A stretch of DNA of 64,000 nucleotides from Macrostomum hystrix. Taxonomy: Eukaryota; Animalia; Platyhelminthes. Location of the stretch: NCBI GenBank assembly GCA_950097015.1, contig CATNEN010000038.1, positions 18,228,001-18,292,000 of the forward strand. Direction: 5' to 3'. Under the pieces are notes generated by a model. It was not told where the DNA came from. It made no database searches and saw only the letters and a program-made list of their open reading frames with translations. Of this stretch, positions 25,183-39,166 are shown one piece after another (position 1 is the stretch's first letter; every line of letters starts with the position of its first letter). Position numbers and translations under genes: made by a program.

Positions 25183-25540
25183 TCCAGCCACTCCCATCCC
25201 AGATCCTCAGTCACTCTCATCCAAGATCCTCAGCCACTCCCATCCCAGATCCTCAGTCACTCTCATCCAAGATCCTCAGTCACTCCCATCCCAGATCTCC
25301 AGTCACTCTCATCCAAGATCCTCAGTCACTCCCATCCCAGATCTTCAGTCACTCTCATCCCAGATCTTCAGTCACTCTCATCCCAGATCCTCAGTCACTT
25401 CCATCCCAGATCCTCAGTCACTTCCATCCCAGATCCTCAGTCACTCTCATCCCAGATCCTCAGTCACTCTCATCCCAGATCCTCAGTCACTCTCATCCCA
25501 GATCCTCAGCCACTCCCATCCCAGATCCTCAGTCACTCAC
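25183..25540. repeat. 23-bp minisatellite (cccagatcctcagtcactctcat)
   Basis: ~15 copies downstream of foxG. Confidence 0.9.
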
Positions 25541-26418
25541 AAATAAGATTGTAGCAAGAATGTAAATTTACAGCCATTTTGAAATCTATTAGTGACACAG
25601 ATAAATATAAAGACAAGGAAATTAAACTAAAAATTTTGTGTAACTACGAAAAACAGAGTTAAAAATTTTTTCGCCCCTTAAAAAAATACAACGATCGCAT
25701 TAAAAAGAACAGTTATAATCGAAAAAATACGCGAATAAAAAAACTGTTTTGTACACAGACTGAAAAAACAACAAAGAATCTAAGATTGAACAGTTGGGTT
25801 GTTCGTTTGGCACAGAAAATCAGTGCAGTGATACGCAAATCAATACCAACTGAACAGAAGAGATTATTAGGAAACTAGTAGTTCTAGTGAAAAAGAACAG
25901 CAATTGGCTTCCTAGGCAAAGAGAAATCATCAACACAGTGTTCGTTTATTTAAAAGTGTGCCGTTTTTTTTAATTAACTTTCTAGTGCTTGCTTTGGTAA
26001 GTTGATTTATTTAAATATCTAATTAAAAAATTACAGACAAATATCTAGGAAACTAACTAGTATTTGACAAGCAGGGTGTGACCCACTTGGGTTCGGAGCC
26101 GCGAAAGGCAAGACAGGGGGCAGGAAAAAATCGATAATAAATTGTAGAGACGGGGCCCACAGACAAAAATGGGAAAAGGCAAGGGATTCCCCCAAGTTTA
26201 TTCTAAAAATAGTAAAAGCCTATTACTAACGGACTAATTAAAGCCAAGTAATTATCTATAAGTAAAATAAAAACCTAGCGAGATTCAGAAAAGTCTTTGT
26301 AAAAGTCTTTGTATTCGGGATTTGCGAATAAATCAGCTGTGCGAACTTGTAGAGATAATGCCGTAACCTTTGAAGTAATGTTTCCTTTTTTCGCATTGTG
26401 ACAACACGAGTCCTCCAT

Positions 26419-29400
26419 TTAGTCGACTTTCACAGCGCCGTAGATCTTCCTGACGAACCAGAAGGCGGCGAAGAAGCCGATGGTTCCTGGATTAACAGCG
26501 GACAAGGATTAACATGTTAGGTTTCAATATTTGTAAGATAATCTGCTAATCCAAAGATAAATAGTCTCACAACGATCACTTACTTATTTAGTAAGATAAA
26601 AATAGCAAAGAAAAAAAATGCCAGCAATATTCGCACAATACTACTCATACTCACCAGTAAGTAGGAAGAACAGCAGCACAATGATGAGCGTATAGCCAAA
26701 ATAGAGAAATATTGAGGCTCCTCCGGTAATTTCCATTTTGGCAAAGAAGTAGTGCACGGAGTAGACAAACAAGTACAGAGCCGTACAGCCGGAGGTTAGG
26801 AAGGCCCGCCACCACCAATTGTAATCCTCGGCGCACAGGTGAAAGTAGCACAGTAGGATTGTGGCCTCTGAGCAGGTTACTAACAGAATTAGAAACACAA
26901 GGAATAAGAAGCCGAACATGTAGTACACCTGGCGGATGGGAGCCGATTCGGTTAATTAGCCACTGGTCTTGAGCAGTATTGAATTCACTTGAGCAGTTAA
27001 TATTAATATTCAACTGCTTAATACTGCTTTATAAAACCCTAATTAATTCATTATACTTTTTGTTCACTCGCTTGTATAAATAATAAACTGGGTTTTATTG
27101 ATAGCTCACAAGGGTTACAAAGATAATTCACTGATTAACATAGATAATCCACTAGATAACATATATAATCCACTAGATAACATAGATAATCCACTAAATA
27201 ACATAGATAATCCACTAGATAGCATAGATAATCCACTAGATAACATGGATAATCCACTAAATAACACAGATAAACCACTAGATAGCATAGATAATCCCCT
27301 ATATAACATGGATAATCCACTAGATAACAAAGACAATCACTAGATAACATAGATAATCCACTAGATAACATGGATAATCCACTAAATAACAGATAATCCA
27401 CTAGATAGCATAGATAATCCCCTATATAACATGGATAATCCACTAGATAACAAAGACAATCACTAGATAACATAGATAATCCACTAGATAATTTGATAAT
27501 CCACTAGATAACACAGATAATCCACTAGATAACAGATATTCACTAGATAACATAGATAATCCACTAGATAACATAGATAAGTCACTAGGTAATATAGATA
27601 AGTCACTAGGTAATATGGATAATTCACTAGATAATATAGATAATCCACTATCTAATATAGATACTCGAATTCATAATATGGATGACCCACTAGATATTAT
27701 AAATACTCGTTTAGGTTATTTGGATAATCCACAGGTTAATCCTAATAATAGTTGATAAACTACTTGCAAATACAGGATAATTAAGACACTCACATCCTGA
27801 CCCCAGATGGAGTTGAGTATGAAGAACAGCTGGATAAAGATGCAACCGAACGGCAAAATTCCGCCCATCAGGATGCCAGGCAGCGGTTTAGTATAGAACG
27901 ACTGGTACGGCACCTCCCTAAGAATCTGATTGGTCCGCACCGGCAGGCCAATAGGAGGCCGTTTAAAGCCGAAATGAGAGCCAACAAAGCAGAGCGGCAC
28001 GGAGATGCCAAACCAGAGGGCCAGCATGGCGATGATGGTGGTGAATGGAACAGCTGCCGAACTGCCCTGCTCCCACAGTACCAGATTGAGCACAAAGAAG
28101 ATTGAGAATATCAGGCCCGGACAGAGCAGGGCTGTTAGTAGTACGTGCAGCTTCCAACGCATGCCGCCAAATAATTTATAAAGCCTAGCCGACACGTAGC
28201 CAGCCGGCGCGCCCAGTAGGACGTACAGTACCAGGGCGCATGTCATGAGGGCGCCCCGATTAGCTGGACTGAGAAAGCCCAGACAGGCGAAGCCCAGTGT
28301 GATGAGGGTCATGCACAGGATTTGCACACCGTTACCAAGGAACACACTAAGCAGCATGCCGCGCTCCGGTGGCCGGAATACATCACCGTGGACTAGCTTC
28401 CAGCCGAACTCCTCCTGGGCCTCTTCCTGCCATCGTTTTGGAGAGGGAAACTGCGATTTGATTGGCTGGCTTCCGATAGACAGGGAAGACGATCGACATG
28501 GGAGAGGATAGACATGGGAGAGGATAGACATGGGAGAGGATAGACATGGGAGAGGATAGACATGGGAGAGGATAGACATGGGAGAGGATAGACATGGGAG
28601 AGGATAGACATGGGAGAGGATAGACATGGGAGAGGATAGACATGGGAGAGGATATAAATAGGAGAGGATATACATGGGTTATTATAGAATTCGAAAAAAA
28701 AGATGAAAAAGAAGACAAATAGGTTGTAAGTTTGATTACTAGATCATTAACAGCTCACCTGGGCGCTGTCGCCAGCCTTGGCATTATTGTACCTGGCGAT
28801 GTCCCTGTGAAGATTGCGTAGCAGAATGATAGCCACCATGCCGCTAAGGAATAAAACAATAACGAGACTATTAAGAATGCTGAACCACTGCACATTGGAG
28901 TGGGGCATAGTGTCCAGGATGTAGTCCCATCGCGAGCTCCATTTAATAGAATCGTCTCGCTTATAATGCACTGAGTATGTGTACACAATTTTAACTGCTT
29001 GCTCGCTTGATTCCTCTAGCGACACAAACATCGGCGGCAGCTGGGACTCCTCGCAGATGGGATTAAAATCGATCGGCTGGCGCAGACTGCGCAGGGAGGC
29101 CTTGACTGAGATGATCCGTCCGCCGGAGCCTGAGATGGAGGCGCCCCATTTCTCGAACTGGCTGCCGTGATAAGTAACTTGCAGGTGCACGTGATTGAAC
29201 AGGTAGATCACGTTGCGCATGTTGTATCTGGGTGTTGCAATTATTGAGTTAAGTAGAATGGGATCTACCAAAAAGTCCCATTCCGAATCTTCCGATTGAC
29301 TCCGATTGCGTAGAAATTGGGACGCCGACGTTTCATTGATTGACTTCACAAAAATAGCCAAGGATATTACAGTGAATTTATGCACTAATAATAATTGAAT

Positions 29401-32400
29401 ACACCTGCCCTAATTGGGTCAGATGTACAGCCGACAGCACAGCCGCAGCTAATGCGCCGTACATCTGAAGGCTGCGTACGGCTGTTCAGTCCATGGACTG
29501 GAAGGACGCCAGACACCCACCCTCAATCACCGCAGCTAATGCTGGCACCTATTTAATAGCTGGGTAAACTGAAGCAATTCAGAGTAAGGTGTCTTGCTAA
29601 AGGACACAAATTGTTCCAGTAGAGTCGAAACCCCGACCTTAAACTCATGAGTCCGACGCCCTATACACTACACTATAATATTGAAAGCCGGTTTTAGGAG
29701 AAATTACACCTTGAAAGTCAACCTAATTTTAAAAAATCTGCAACTTTTATAGCAGTGCTTTTTAGGAAAATTATGTGCAATTTTTTTACTGCGAATTAAA
29801 CAGATAATCAACTGGTGCTCTACTTCAGCGATCGCCACATTGAGTTCACCTGGGATTGGCAGAGCAGGGATCCGTCCGTTCGCCAGTAGCGGGCACATAG
29901 CAACCAACTGGGAAGCCGGGGGCGCAGTACTGCTGCCCGGTGCCGGTGGCGAAGCACCAGGTCACAGGCAGATTGTCCACAATCCAATGGTGCTGATAGT
30001 TCAGTTTAACGCCACGTTTCAAAAACTTCAACCGTTTTTCAGACTCGGCGTCAGACTTGACGTAATTCTTTGAGCAGATCTTCTTGCAGGGAATATTCTG
30101 CATAAATTTCAACCCATAGGGCGAGGGTCGGATGCGTTCGCCGAACACAACTTGCCCGAGATTTTCAACCGGACTGGAGCCGCTAGTGGCCTGACAGAAA
30201 TCGAACCTGTTGGAGAGCAGATGAAATTAGATCAAATGGTCCCAGATTCGAATCTGCAGCGATGCAAATTTTAAAGCTGAATAGCCGGATTTTCAGTGTG
30301 CCAGTATTGATCAGGATAGAAGAGAAATATTGGGGGCTTGTTGTGCAATTTAAGCCCCTGAAGGGCCAACCTCCAAGGCACAATAAGAGTGTACACAAAA
30401 ATTCAGGGCAGTTGTCCACCGCTCTGTGAGTACGTGCCTGCGTACAGTATCTGTGTGCTCAGGAGTCAGCGAAATGGGCAGAATTGCCTCCTCGCTGGCT
30501 GCGGGTCTAATGTCACCAAATGATGTGCCACTGCCTGCTGCCATTCTGTAATTATTATTATTACTCGGATTATAGTATGGGTTAAAGAGGGTATAGCTGA
30601 TACAAGCATGGATTTGGGGGTATCGCAATTACTTGTGTTTCTATCCCCACTAGGTGTGTGTACAAGTATACACTTTTTATTCATGTCTCCTCTTGTGCTC
30701 AAAATTACCTGTCATATTCATAGGGCAGTACAGATTGAGTTGAGTCCAGCCGATTGACATATAAAGGAATTTCCGACTGCAATTGAAACAGGTATCACAT
30801 GAAGATGAGGTTAGGTTTTAAGTCTCTAGCTTCTAAAAAACTACATTTAAGTCAACGGTCATATTTTATGCACATACAAATTCCCTAGTGCAGGTCCATG
30901 AAAATTCTGAAGTTGGTGATTTCTATTTACATAGGGATATCCTTGTTGACAATAATATCCATCTACATGACCTAGATCATATAAAAGCTTATTTACAGTT
31001 AGAGTATTTGCTCTGTTACCCCCAGTGGGACTATACAAATTTCAAGCACCTTACTACGGTGCACTTTGACCTTGTCCAAGAAACTAATAAGAGTATTTAA
31101 ATAAAAAAATTGTTGTCACTCTCTTTTTATTACAACAGTTGTGCATACTTTAGCCTAGAATTTTTTATGCTGCAGCTTTATTGTTTTAGAAGTTGCATTA
31201 TAATTATATATTTGACTTTACAGGTAACTCCTAGGGTAATGTATCATCAACCAAACAAGGATGTGCATTTTTTTAACTTCAAACCTAAGCTACAGATTTT
31301 CTATTTAAGATATGATGATAAATCAAAAGCCAAGTTATAGAAAACAGTTACATCTTTCTAAAAAGTATCTGCTTTTGCTATTTTATCAAATAGAAAAAAG
31401 TTATTCCAGCTTTTTAAATAAAAACCAAACAATGATTTTCATGTATCTTCAAACCAAACAGATAATTTGATGTTTGGTTTTACAATTTGAGTGAGTGGTT
31501 TAATCTTATTTTAAGGAGTGAACTATCATGAATTATGTAATTTGAAAGCATTTTTCATGCTCTATAAATAACTACATTTATGGTCATTTAATTGGCAAGC
31601 AACCACATACAATCTTTGTCTAAAGTACATACTGAAAAAATGTTAAAAAGTATGCTTTTGCAAAAAAAATTTCTACTGAAACATCAATATCTTTCTTTCT
31701 TCTTAATGCTTCATTGCACATCATGCCTCAGCTTGTAGATAATTTCTTCAACTTTCAAATTAGATGTTATGTGAAACACAATAGCTTGTTTCTGTCTTGC
31801 CCAAGACCAAGGAAGAAGTCAAAACACTGTTCGGTTGATGATACATTACCCTACTTATTTATACTATTTTTAGCTATCCTTTTATTTTTTCCTATCTATT
31901 ACACAATTTATTTGGTTTGTGATCATACATGCGCAACACCCAGCCGAACCGGCTGGGTGAAACGAGGGCCAAGCAAGGTAAGTCGCAAAAACCAATCAAC
32001 TAAGTGCCAAAAAAATCAAAGGGGGGACCAAGGGACAAAAAAGGAAGGCATGAAGAAAAGGAAAAAGGGGTGAGAAAAAGAGAGCAAATGAGAGCAAACT
32101 AAGTCATAAATAGAGCAATGAAACGAACTAAGTCGCAAATGAGAGTAAACTAAGTCGTAAATAGAGCAAAAACTAAGTCGCACAGCCGGCTTAGATTTGG
32201 GAGGTTGCGCATGTATGTTTGTGATTAAGCATTCAACAATTATATTATTTTAGATTGGTATGTGTTGGCTGGATATTCTTTTATAAGTGTTTGTTACCAA
32301 GTTCAAGTTATTTATTAGAGAGGTCATTTCTAATTTTTATTTCTATATTGCTAGGCCCCCTAGCAATAAAATGTTTATTAACATTAGGCCTAACATTAGA

Positions 32401-32934
32401 ATATGCCCTAGCAAGCTCACCATTTTAATGAAGCTTTGTTTTACAATGATTTTTTATTTTTAGCAGGCAAGGGCTGAAACCTGCCAGGGCATTTTTATTA
32501 GTATATTTCACTACAAAAAGGTTAAATAAATAGGAAACCACATATTATTATTATGCCCTAATCACAATAAATAGGCCTATGTAGCTAGTGCCTAGCTGAA
32601 ATATACACTAAGGCCTACATTTATCCTAGGCCTATAGCAAATAGTTTATTAAAATTTAATGTAGCAACAACCTAACTAGTAGGCCTATTGATATTCTTTC
32701 TATTGGTAATTTAAGTCATTTAAAAGCACAAGGTACATAGTCTCAGATAAATGTTACATAAAATCATATACTTTTTTTAACCTAAATAAGCAGCATAAAA
32801 AGCATAATTACCTTGCAGTTTTCTTCGTCTTTCTCACAGTAGTTCACTGGTGCCAAGCCAGGCAAGTAAAATCCGAAAATACCTCGAAGAAACATGCAAC
32901 ATAAAACTGCATAGAAGCTGCAGATGGATTTCAT
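26419..32934 (-). CDS. TM9SF2: Transmembrane 9 superfamily member 2 (nonaspanin); exons ~32934-32812, 30777-30709, 30206-29829, 29227-28759, 28427-27796, 26928-26654, 26486-26419
   Basis: FYLPGLAPVNYC, FGERIRPSPY, YQHHWIVDNLPVTWC, KWSSRWDYIL, QEEFGWKLVHGDVFRPP, HLCAEDYNWWWRAF, C-terminal FVRKIYGAVKVD. Confidence 0.93.
27135..27700. repeat. 21-bp minisatellite (acatagataatccactagata)
   Basis: Tandem copies in a TM9SF2 intron. Confidence 0.9.
28496..28677. repeat. 16-bp minisatellite (acatgggagaggatag)
   Basis: ~11 copies in a TM9SF2 intron. Confidence 0.9.
29408..29676 (-). mobile_element. tRNA-derived SINE family B
   Basis: Minus strand has a tRNA-like head, then tgtgtcctttagcaagacac and cagtttacccagct motifs typical of metazoan SINE2 bodies; homologous to 46620-46895; fragments at ~7350-7425 and ~22260-22335. 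Confidence 0.75.
30330..30563 (+). mobile_element. 5'-truncated SINE family A copy
   Basis: Body and (att)n tail match the 12144 copy. Confidence 0.85.
31924..32217. mobile_element. MITE with CAT termini (P-element-like)
   Basis: 14-bp perfect TIR catacatgcgcaac/gttgcgcatgtatg; 8-bp TSD tttgtgat; internal aactaagtc repeats. Confidence 0.85.
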
Positions 32935-33356
32935 TGCTTTTGATGCAAATATGAAATATACTACTTAGTTAATAAAAAACTTTGTCAAAAGAACAACTAA
33001 TAGGTAATAGACAAGCTAAATAAGCAAAAAGCAAGCTACAAATCCAAAACGTTTGACTTTTTTTTATTTAACATCCAGTCTTCAGGACCATGATGATAAG
33101 TAGCCTAATTAAAAAAGACAATTTTTAAGGCAAATCATGAATGAGAAATCACGAATGAGAAAAAATATAACTAAAAAACTTAAAGCTCCAATTTTTATGA
33201 ACTGAATATAAAACGAAATAATTCATCATTAAAAGTCTTTTGAATTATTTTTTTAAATAGCATCCTTAATCCGGGGCAAAATATTTTGTTTATAACCTGT
33301 TCGTTATATTGAATTATATTTGATATTCAATATTTAATGTACATCGCACCGCATAC

Positions 33357-33415
33357 CAGAGATACTAAATAACCCTGGGTATTTAGTATGTGTGCAGGGG
33401 TATTTAGTATCTGTG
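33357..33415. mobile_element. Ultra-short TIR-only element (ca[c/g]agatactaaata...tatttagtatctgtg)
   Basis: Inverted ends; flanks ccgcatac/ccgcattc (8 bp, one mismatch); related element at 37500/39185. Confidence 0.7.
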
Positions 33416-34811
33416 CCGCATTCAGGATACAGCCATACAGATCACATTTTCTACAACAAAAAAAGTAAAATAAACTTGTAGGAAACTTTTGCGTAATAGC
33501 TTTTTCGGTGCATTTTTGGCTTTTGCGATATAGGCTGTCTGGAATTTTTTATAGCGATCTTTTTCAGTCTTATTGCTATTTTGCGGTAGAAACTCACACA
33601 GACACGCTATATTAACTCCGTGTGCGTAAGAACAAAGAGTCAAGTGCGATCGATCTGGGCCGAAAGTCTTGTCCAACAGGAGGAGGGTAATCGAGGAGTC
33701 GTAGATATTTATTATCTGATAAATTATTGAATAAATGATAAACGATCTATAGCTGAGATCGCAGCTATGGGTGATAGAAACCAAGGACCACTGTAGTATG
33801 ACACAGTATACTACAGTGGTCCTTGATTGAATTTGCAAATATGCACAAACTTCTGGAAACATGCACACAAACAAGTACGACAGGAGCGTCTGCAAACCTA
33901 TCCTCGAACTTTTCCTTTCTTTCCTTTCCAGCTGAGTTGTAATGCATCTGCATAAAACACAACCAAGCTGGATCACTTCTATAGGAGCTCGTAGTTCAGC
34001 TTCTTTTACTTAACTTAAGTTATACCTGAGCTAAACCAAAGGTACATGTATTGTCCTTTGCTCATAAAGGACACAACAATTATTAACAAACTAGTGTAAA
34101 GGGGCTTCTTTGGTCAAATTATACTAGCGCGCGAAATATTTATATATATTATTTTATATGCTACAAATATCTATACGTAATCTTTGTTTTACTCCACTGA
34201 AATATACTGGGAATATTCAATAGAATTTTGGTATAAATACAGAGGGGTTTTCATATAGGAAGCTAACTGTTTGGTCTGCCATTAAATTGGAGCTTAAACA
34301 GTTCAGTCTCTTTGTGAGCATACTCAAAAGCCTTATATTTCTAAGTGAGTGGAAACCGTTAAAACCGATCCGAGAAAAGCCCGAGTACAGACTGGCCAGA
34401 GAGCCTGAATTATCTGACTTAATTTTCTGAAACACCTGAGAGCAGTATCTCCAGAATTACCTAGATTTAGTATCTAGAACATTACTGGCAGAAGGCCAGA
34501 TCTATCGTGTAGAAAGCCACGCTACCCAAACTATCAGTAGTTTGAATCAATCCACCCAACAAGGGGTGCGAATATTCGATTTTTTTCGAATATTCGAGCG
34601 TATGTCATTTTGTATAGAGACTGATATAATCATTCGCTAATTTAGTACATTGCAATCAGGCAGGGCAGTTACTCGGCTGCGTATACTTTTAGGTTTTGTC
34701 GCTTTTAATTGCATTCACATTGCAACGCCATTACGCTAATTCTAGAGCATGTATAAAGTTTTAGATCCAGATTGCCTGCATGATACTGCCAGTCCGGATG
34801 ACCACAACTGC

Positions 34812-36964
34812 TTAACTATCAAATATAAAATCTATCATCGACTGTCCCTCAGTGGGCAACAGCATTTCGGGTGCTTCGTAACCACGGATGTATCGACAGT
34901 CAACCACCTGTTCGTTCGGTAAGAGATCGAAAGACGATTTCTTAGGCCGCTCGGAGTTGAGCACTTTGCTTGCACTTTGGTTATCCAATCCATCTAGCAC
35001 ATTGCTGCAGGCAGCCTCTGCTTCCACATCGTCTGGAAGCGCTGGAAGTTTTCCGCTCCGAGTGTGTCTCCGACGCCTTCTCAGCTGCTTTGGTCGTCTA
35101 GCTGACGTCTCCGGATTATTTGATTTCTCACTTTCAGTTCGCAAGAGACGGCACTCCTCCAATAGTTGAAGAGTCTCACTGGAGTTGCCCAGCTCCCAGT
35201 GTCGGATGGCTAGCCGGGTCTCCTCGACCTGACACAGCAGCGCCAGGTGCCGCTGATGGAGCGTCTTCAGCTGGCGCCCTTCGGCCTGATACTTGTGATC
35301 AATTCGCGCTTGCGGCAGTGTTGACTGAGGTTCATGAATCGGAGGTAGCTTATCCGTAAAGCCTCTAAAGGGAAAATTAAGGGTAGCATGTCGTGTTAAA
35401 GTCACCTGAATAGAATAATCCGACAGGTAAAAACATTTTTAAGTCATTAAAACACATGGAAGAACATTTTACCGCGCATCTAATTTGAGGTTTGGTTGTC
35501 GCCGCTTCTTCGATGCACCGGCGTCATCAGCGGCTTCTAGCTGCGTAACGAAAGGTGACCAGCCGACCAACTGACCAGCTAGGTCCTCTATGAACGCACG
35601 ATCTGCTTTCTCAGTCAGCTGGGCTCTGCAGTGCTTTTTTTGGAGTGCCTGCAGACACTTCTCGCCCAATCTAGACTCTGGCCGACGCACCAAGCGTTTG
35701 TAGAGACGCCTGTAGTGACCAACGGACTTCTGGCCGGGCCACAGCAGGCGCTTATTCAGACGAATCTGAGGCCGTTGAAGCTGCGGAGGCGCGGGCAGCC
35801 GCCAGTCCGACTCAGAGTCCTCCAGCTGACGCCAACGTTCTTGACGTTCCGCGAACTCTGCTTTGTCTTGCTCTTTAAAAAGTAGGTTCGCTCGTTGTAT
35901 GAACATGTAAGTGCAATAATCTGTAATCAACTGACTCTCTTAACGTCAACGACCTCCAGCGATGACAAATAGAAACATTTACCGACGAAATCCAACGATT
36001 GAAAAAATATGTGCCCAAAAAACTTTCCAAACCTAAGGGAAAACTCTGTCAGTTTCAAAGATTAACGTCGGTTGAAGGTGTAATGCAGGGGTCAGCAGAC
36101 TTATGGTCGGCGTGCGGGCCACGGGGAGAACCTAAAAGACGACAGCAGGCTTCCTAGGAATAGGAAAGGGGAGAGTTAAGACACAAGATAGATGAGACAC
36201 GAGAGAGATGAGACCGAGGCGAGATATAAGACTCTCCATCTCCTGGTGAGAGAGATGAGGCAGAGGAAAGATGAGACACGATACTATAGGCGTTGGAAGG
36301 GGCGTCGGGCGAGATTTGGGAGCTTCGAGGACCGCATCTGGCTCGCGGGACGGAGTTTGCCGACATCGGGTGTAGTGTATAATCTACCATTTTTATGGAC
36401 ACCGAAAAACCTGCGTCGGATTGTTGCCCGGGCTCGGGGGCATGACTCGCCAAGTCGAGAAGCTGGGAGTTAGGGAAAGCAATCCACGTCGCTGCAAAGC
36501 AAATCCAAACAGAAGAGGGTGCCGGCATCAGCTGGGATAGAAAATTATTTGAGCACGTCTGTGGCGCCCCATAATTTGGTAGAATATCCGATCCGTTCAA
36601 CATACATGTACTAAACAGTAGTGCGCGGTGTCTTAAACGATTAGTCACCTGACTCACCTGACTTGTACTTCAAACGATCGCGATAAAACACCCGTCTGCT
36701 GTTGTCAACTCTACGCTTAACCGCCTCGAGCATTAGTGCTGAGTCACTTTCAGCCAAGGCCGCCTCCTCGTCTCGCAGGCCGATCACTCCCAGCCTGACC
36801 GCTCTAATTTCGTCCGACATACGGTTGATGCTCCGACGTCTGCACTGTTCGAGCAGGTCAAGCCGTTTGTGCAGCAGCGCTTCAACAGTGTTACGATGAA
36901 TGCGCTCCTTGTAGAAGCGCGCCTTCTCCGCCTTGGCTAGGGCCTCGCGAATGCGTGGTAGCAT
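34812..36964 (-). CDS. Uncharacterised coiled-coil protein; exons ~36964-36658, 35920-35473, 35364-34812
   Basis: Three charged, helical ORFs joined by phase-compatible GT-AG introns; C-terminal VDCRYIR motif. Confidence 0.6.
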
Positions 36965-37525
36965 GTCAACTGTCCGTAGTTACATCCAAACAATCGCAGA
37001 ATTTTCGCTTGATACCTATATAACATTTCTACGAGCGTACTGTAGCGTAATTAGCGACAGAAGCTATGTTACTAAATGACACTGTCAATCAGTTATTGTA
37101 TATTTACACAGCTTTAATAAGACAATCAGACCACCACAGCGCCCTACAGACAATTTTACTGCTTGCATTCAACTTAACAGACTCTTTGCCCTCTGACATA
37201 TATGCTTCGATGTGTCGCGCTATGTTGGAGGTAAAGTGGATAATTAGTTTCATGCTGGGCTGAGCACTCGAGGGAGACTATAAACTTCACCGAGACTGCA
37301 GTAGCATGCAGAGATTTGATCACAACATATAGAGCTCGCATTGACCGAAGAAGGAAAAATGCTAGAAAATTACAGTGCTGCAGACGCCACCAGATCAGAG
37401 GGGTTGAGATTTCGCGCTTAGAATAAAACCGTTATCTGAATTCTTTTTCTTAGAATTAGCGATTTTTTAATTGGCAGTAGCTGTACAATTAGTAAATGCC
37501 ACAAATACTAAATACACTGTGGTAT

Positions 37526-39166
37526 GGATTGAGATACGAAACTGGAGGATTGAGCCTCTCCTTCTCTATGACAAACCCATCGCCATGGAGAAGCAAACCA
37601 GATGCTTAGGTGTCATCCTCGACCACAGGTTGAGCTGGACACCTCACGTCAAATTCAAAACCCGTAAAGCTCTTGCGACGCTCGCGCAGATCCGCAGAGC
37701 CTTCGGCGCCACCTGGGGCCTCACCCCCCGCCGTCTCTGGTGGATTTACACTACCATTGTAAGACCGGCCATCTCTTTTGCCGGCTTCATCCGGAATAGT
37801 GCCCTGGAGACCAAAGGGGTCCTGGAGGCCCTAAACAAGGTGCAGGGCCGTGCTTGTCGAGCCATCATGAGTGCGGCACCCTCCACTCCCTTCGCTGGCA
37901 TGAATGCCTTCCTGGACCTTCCCCCTTTAGATCTTTTTATCAAGGGGGAAGCGATGAAGACGGCTCGTCGTCTTCTGGACGCGGGCATCTCCATCCGGAA
38001 GCAACTTGCCTTCAGCAAGCGGAACCTCCAGCCCCATGGCGACCTCAGCCTACGGGACCTGGACGCAGCAGGAGGTCTCAAAATTCTCTCCGACGGAATC
38101 CCGTCGACGCTGTGCCCACTGCAAAAATTCAAAACCAGCATTCCGCCTCGCCAGGAAGTACGTGACCACGGCCAACCCCGTGAAATTCACTGCTTCACCG
38201 ACGGATCGCAAATCAACTCAGTCTCTGGTTTCGGCTACTGCATTATGTCCGGAGGGAAAACTGTGGCGACCTTCTCCCAGCACACCGGCATAGACTCTAC
38301 GCCTGCGCCCTGGAGCTGATCAACCAAAACGTCCACGGAGCAGAAATCTTCCTCCACTCGGACAGCCAGGCGGCGATCCATGCCCTTGGACGCACGCACA
38401 CCTGCTCGCGCACAGTCCTCGACTGCGTCGCGCAACTCAACCGCTTAGGGACCCACAACAAGGTGTCCCTAAGGTGGATTCCAGGGCACTCTGGCCACCC
38501 TGGTAACGAATTGGCCGACAGCCTCGCCAAGGCCGGTTCGACGGGTTCGCTTTTTGGCCCCGTGCCTGCGGTCTCCACCCCTACCGCCGTCGTCAACACT
38601 CGGATTAACCAGTGGGTGACCTCAAAGCACAAGGACAGATGGATCAATACCGCCGATTGTCGGCAGTCTCGCGCTGCTGTCCCTTGTCCCTCCACTGCCC
38701 TTCGCAAAGCCTTGCTTGGACTGAACCGCAAGGACATCAGGGCAGTTACCATGACCCTCTCTGGCCATGGCTGTTTCGCCAGGCACCGCTTCCTGCAAGG
38801 CAAAATCCGCAGTGAGGAATGCCCCTTCTGCCTCTCCTATGTTGAGGATGCAGAGCATTTTATTTGCGACTGCCCCGCCTTCACTCAGGACAGGCTCACC
38901 TATCTCGGCCCAAACCCGGATCTCCCCAACGTTTTCAGGCCTGAGAACATCTGCCAGCTTGTCCGATACCTGAGGGCCACCGGGCGAGCAACCCTCCACC
39001 TCCTGGACTCTCCGGAGGAGGACCGCGCTGCGGACGCCGGCACCACCGGATCCCCCTGCGCGACACCGCAGCTTTAGTTGCCCGTGGTCGCCAGGGGCTA
39101 GCGGAATGGGCGGCAACGCCTCCCCGCTGCATCCGGAAGATGCCCCCTGCAGCTAAGTCAAGTCAA
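37526..39166 (+). mobile_element. 5'-truncated non-LTR retrotransposon with RNase H (R1/LOA/I group), internally deleted or frameshifted
   Basis: RT thumb LGVILDHRLSWTPHV; RNase [32 protein letters not shown]; CPFC...HFICDC knuckle; (caagt)n tail; TSD gtggtat at 37519-37525 and 39167-39173. Confidence 0.88.

Noticed and set aside
36086-36122. cagggg...gcgggccac hAT-like terminus in an intron
   Set aside because: No matching opposite TIR or TSD found
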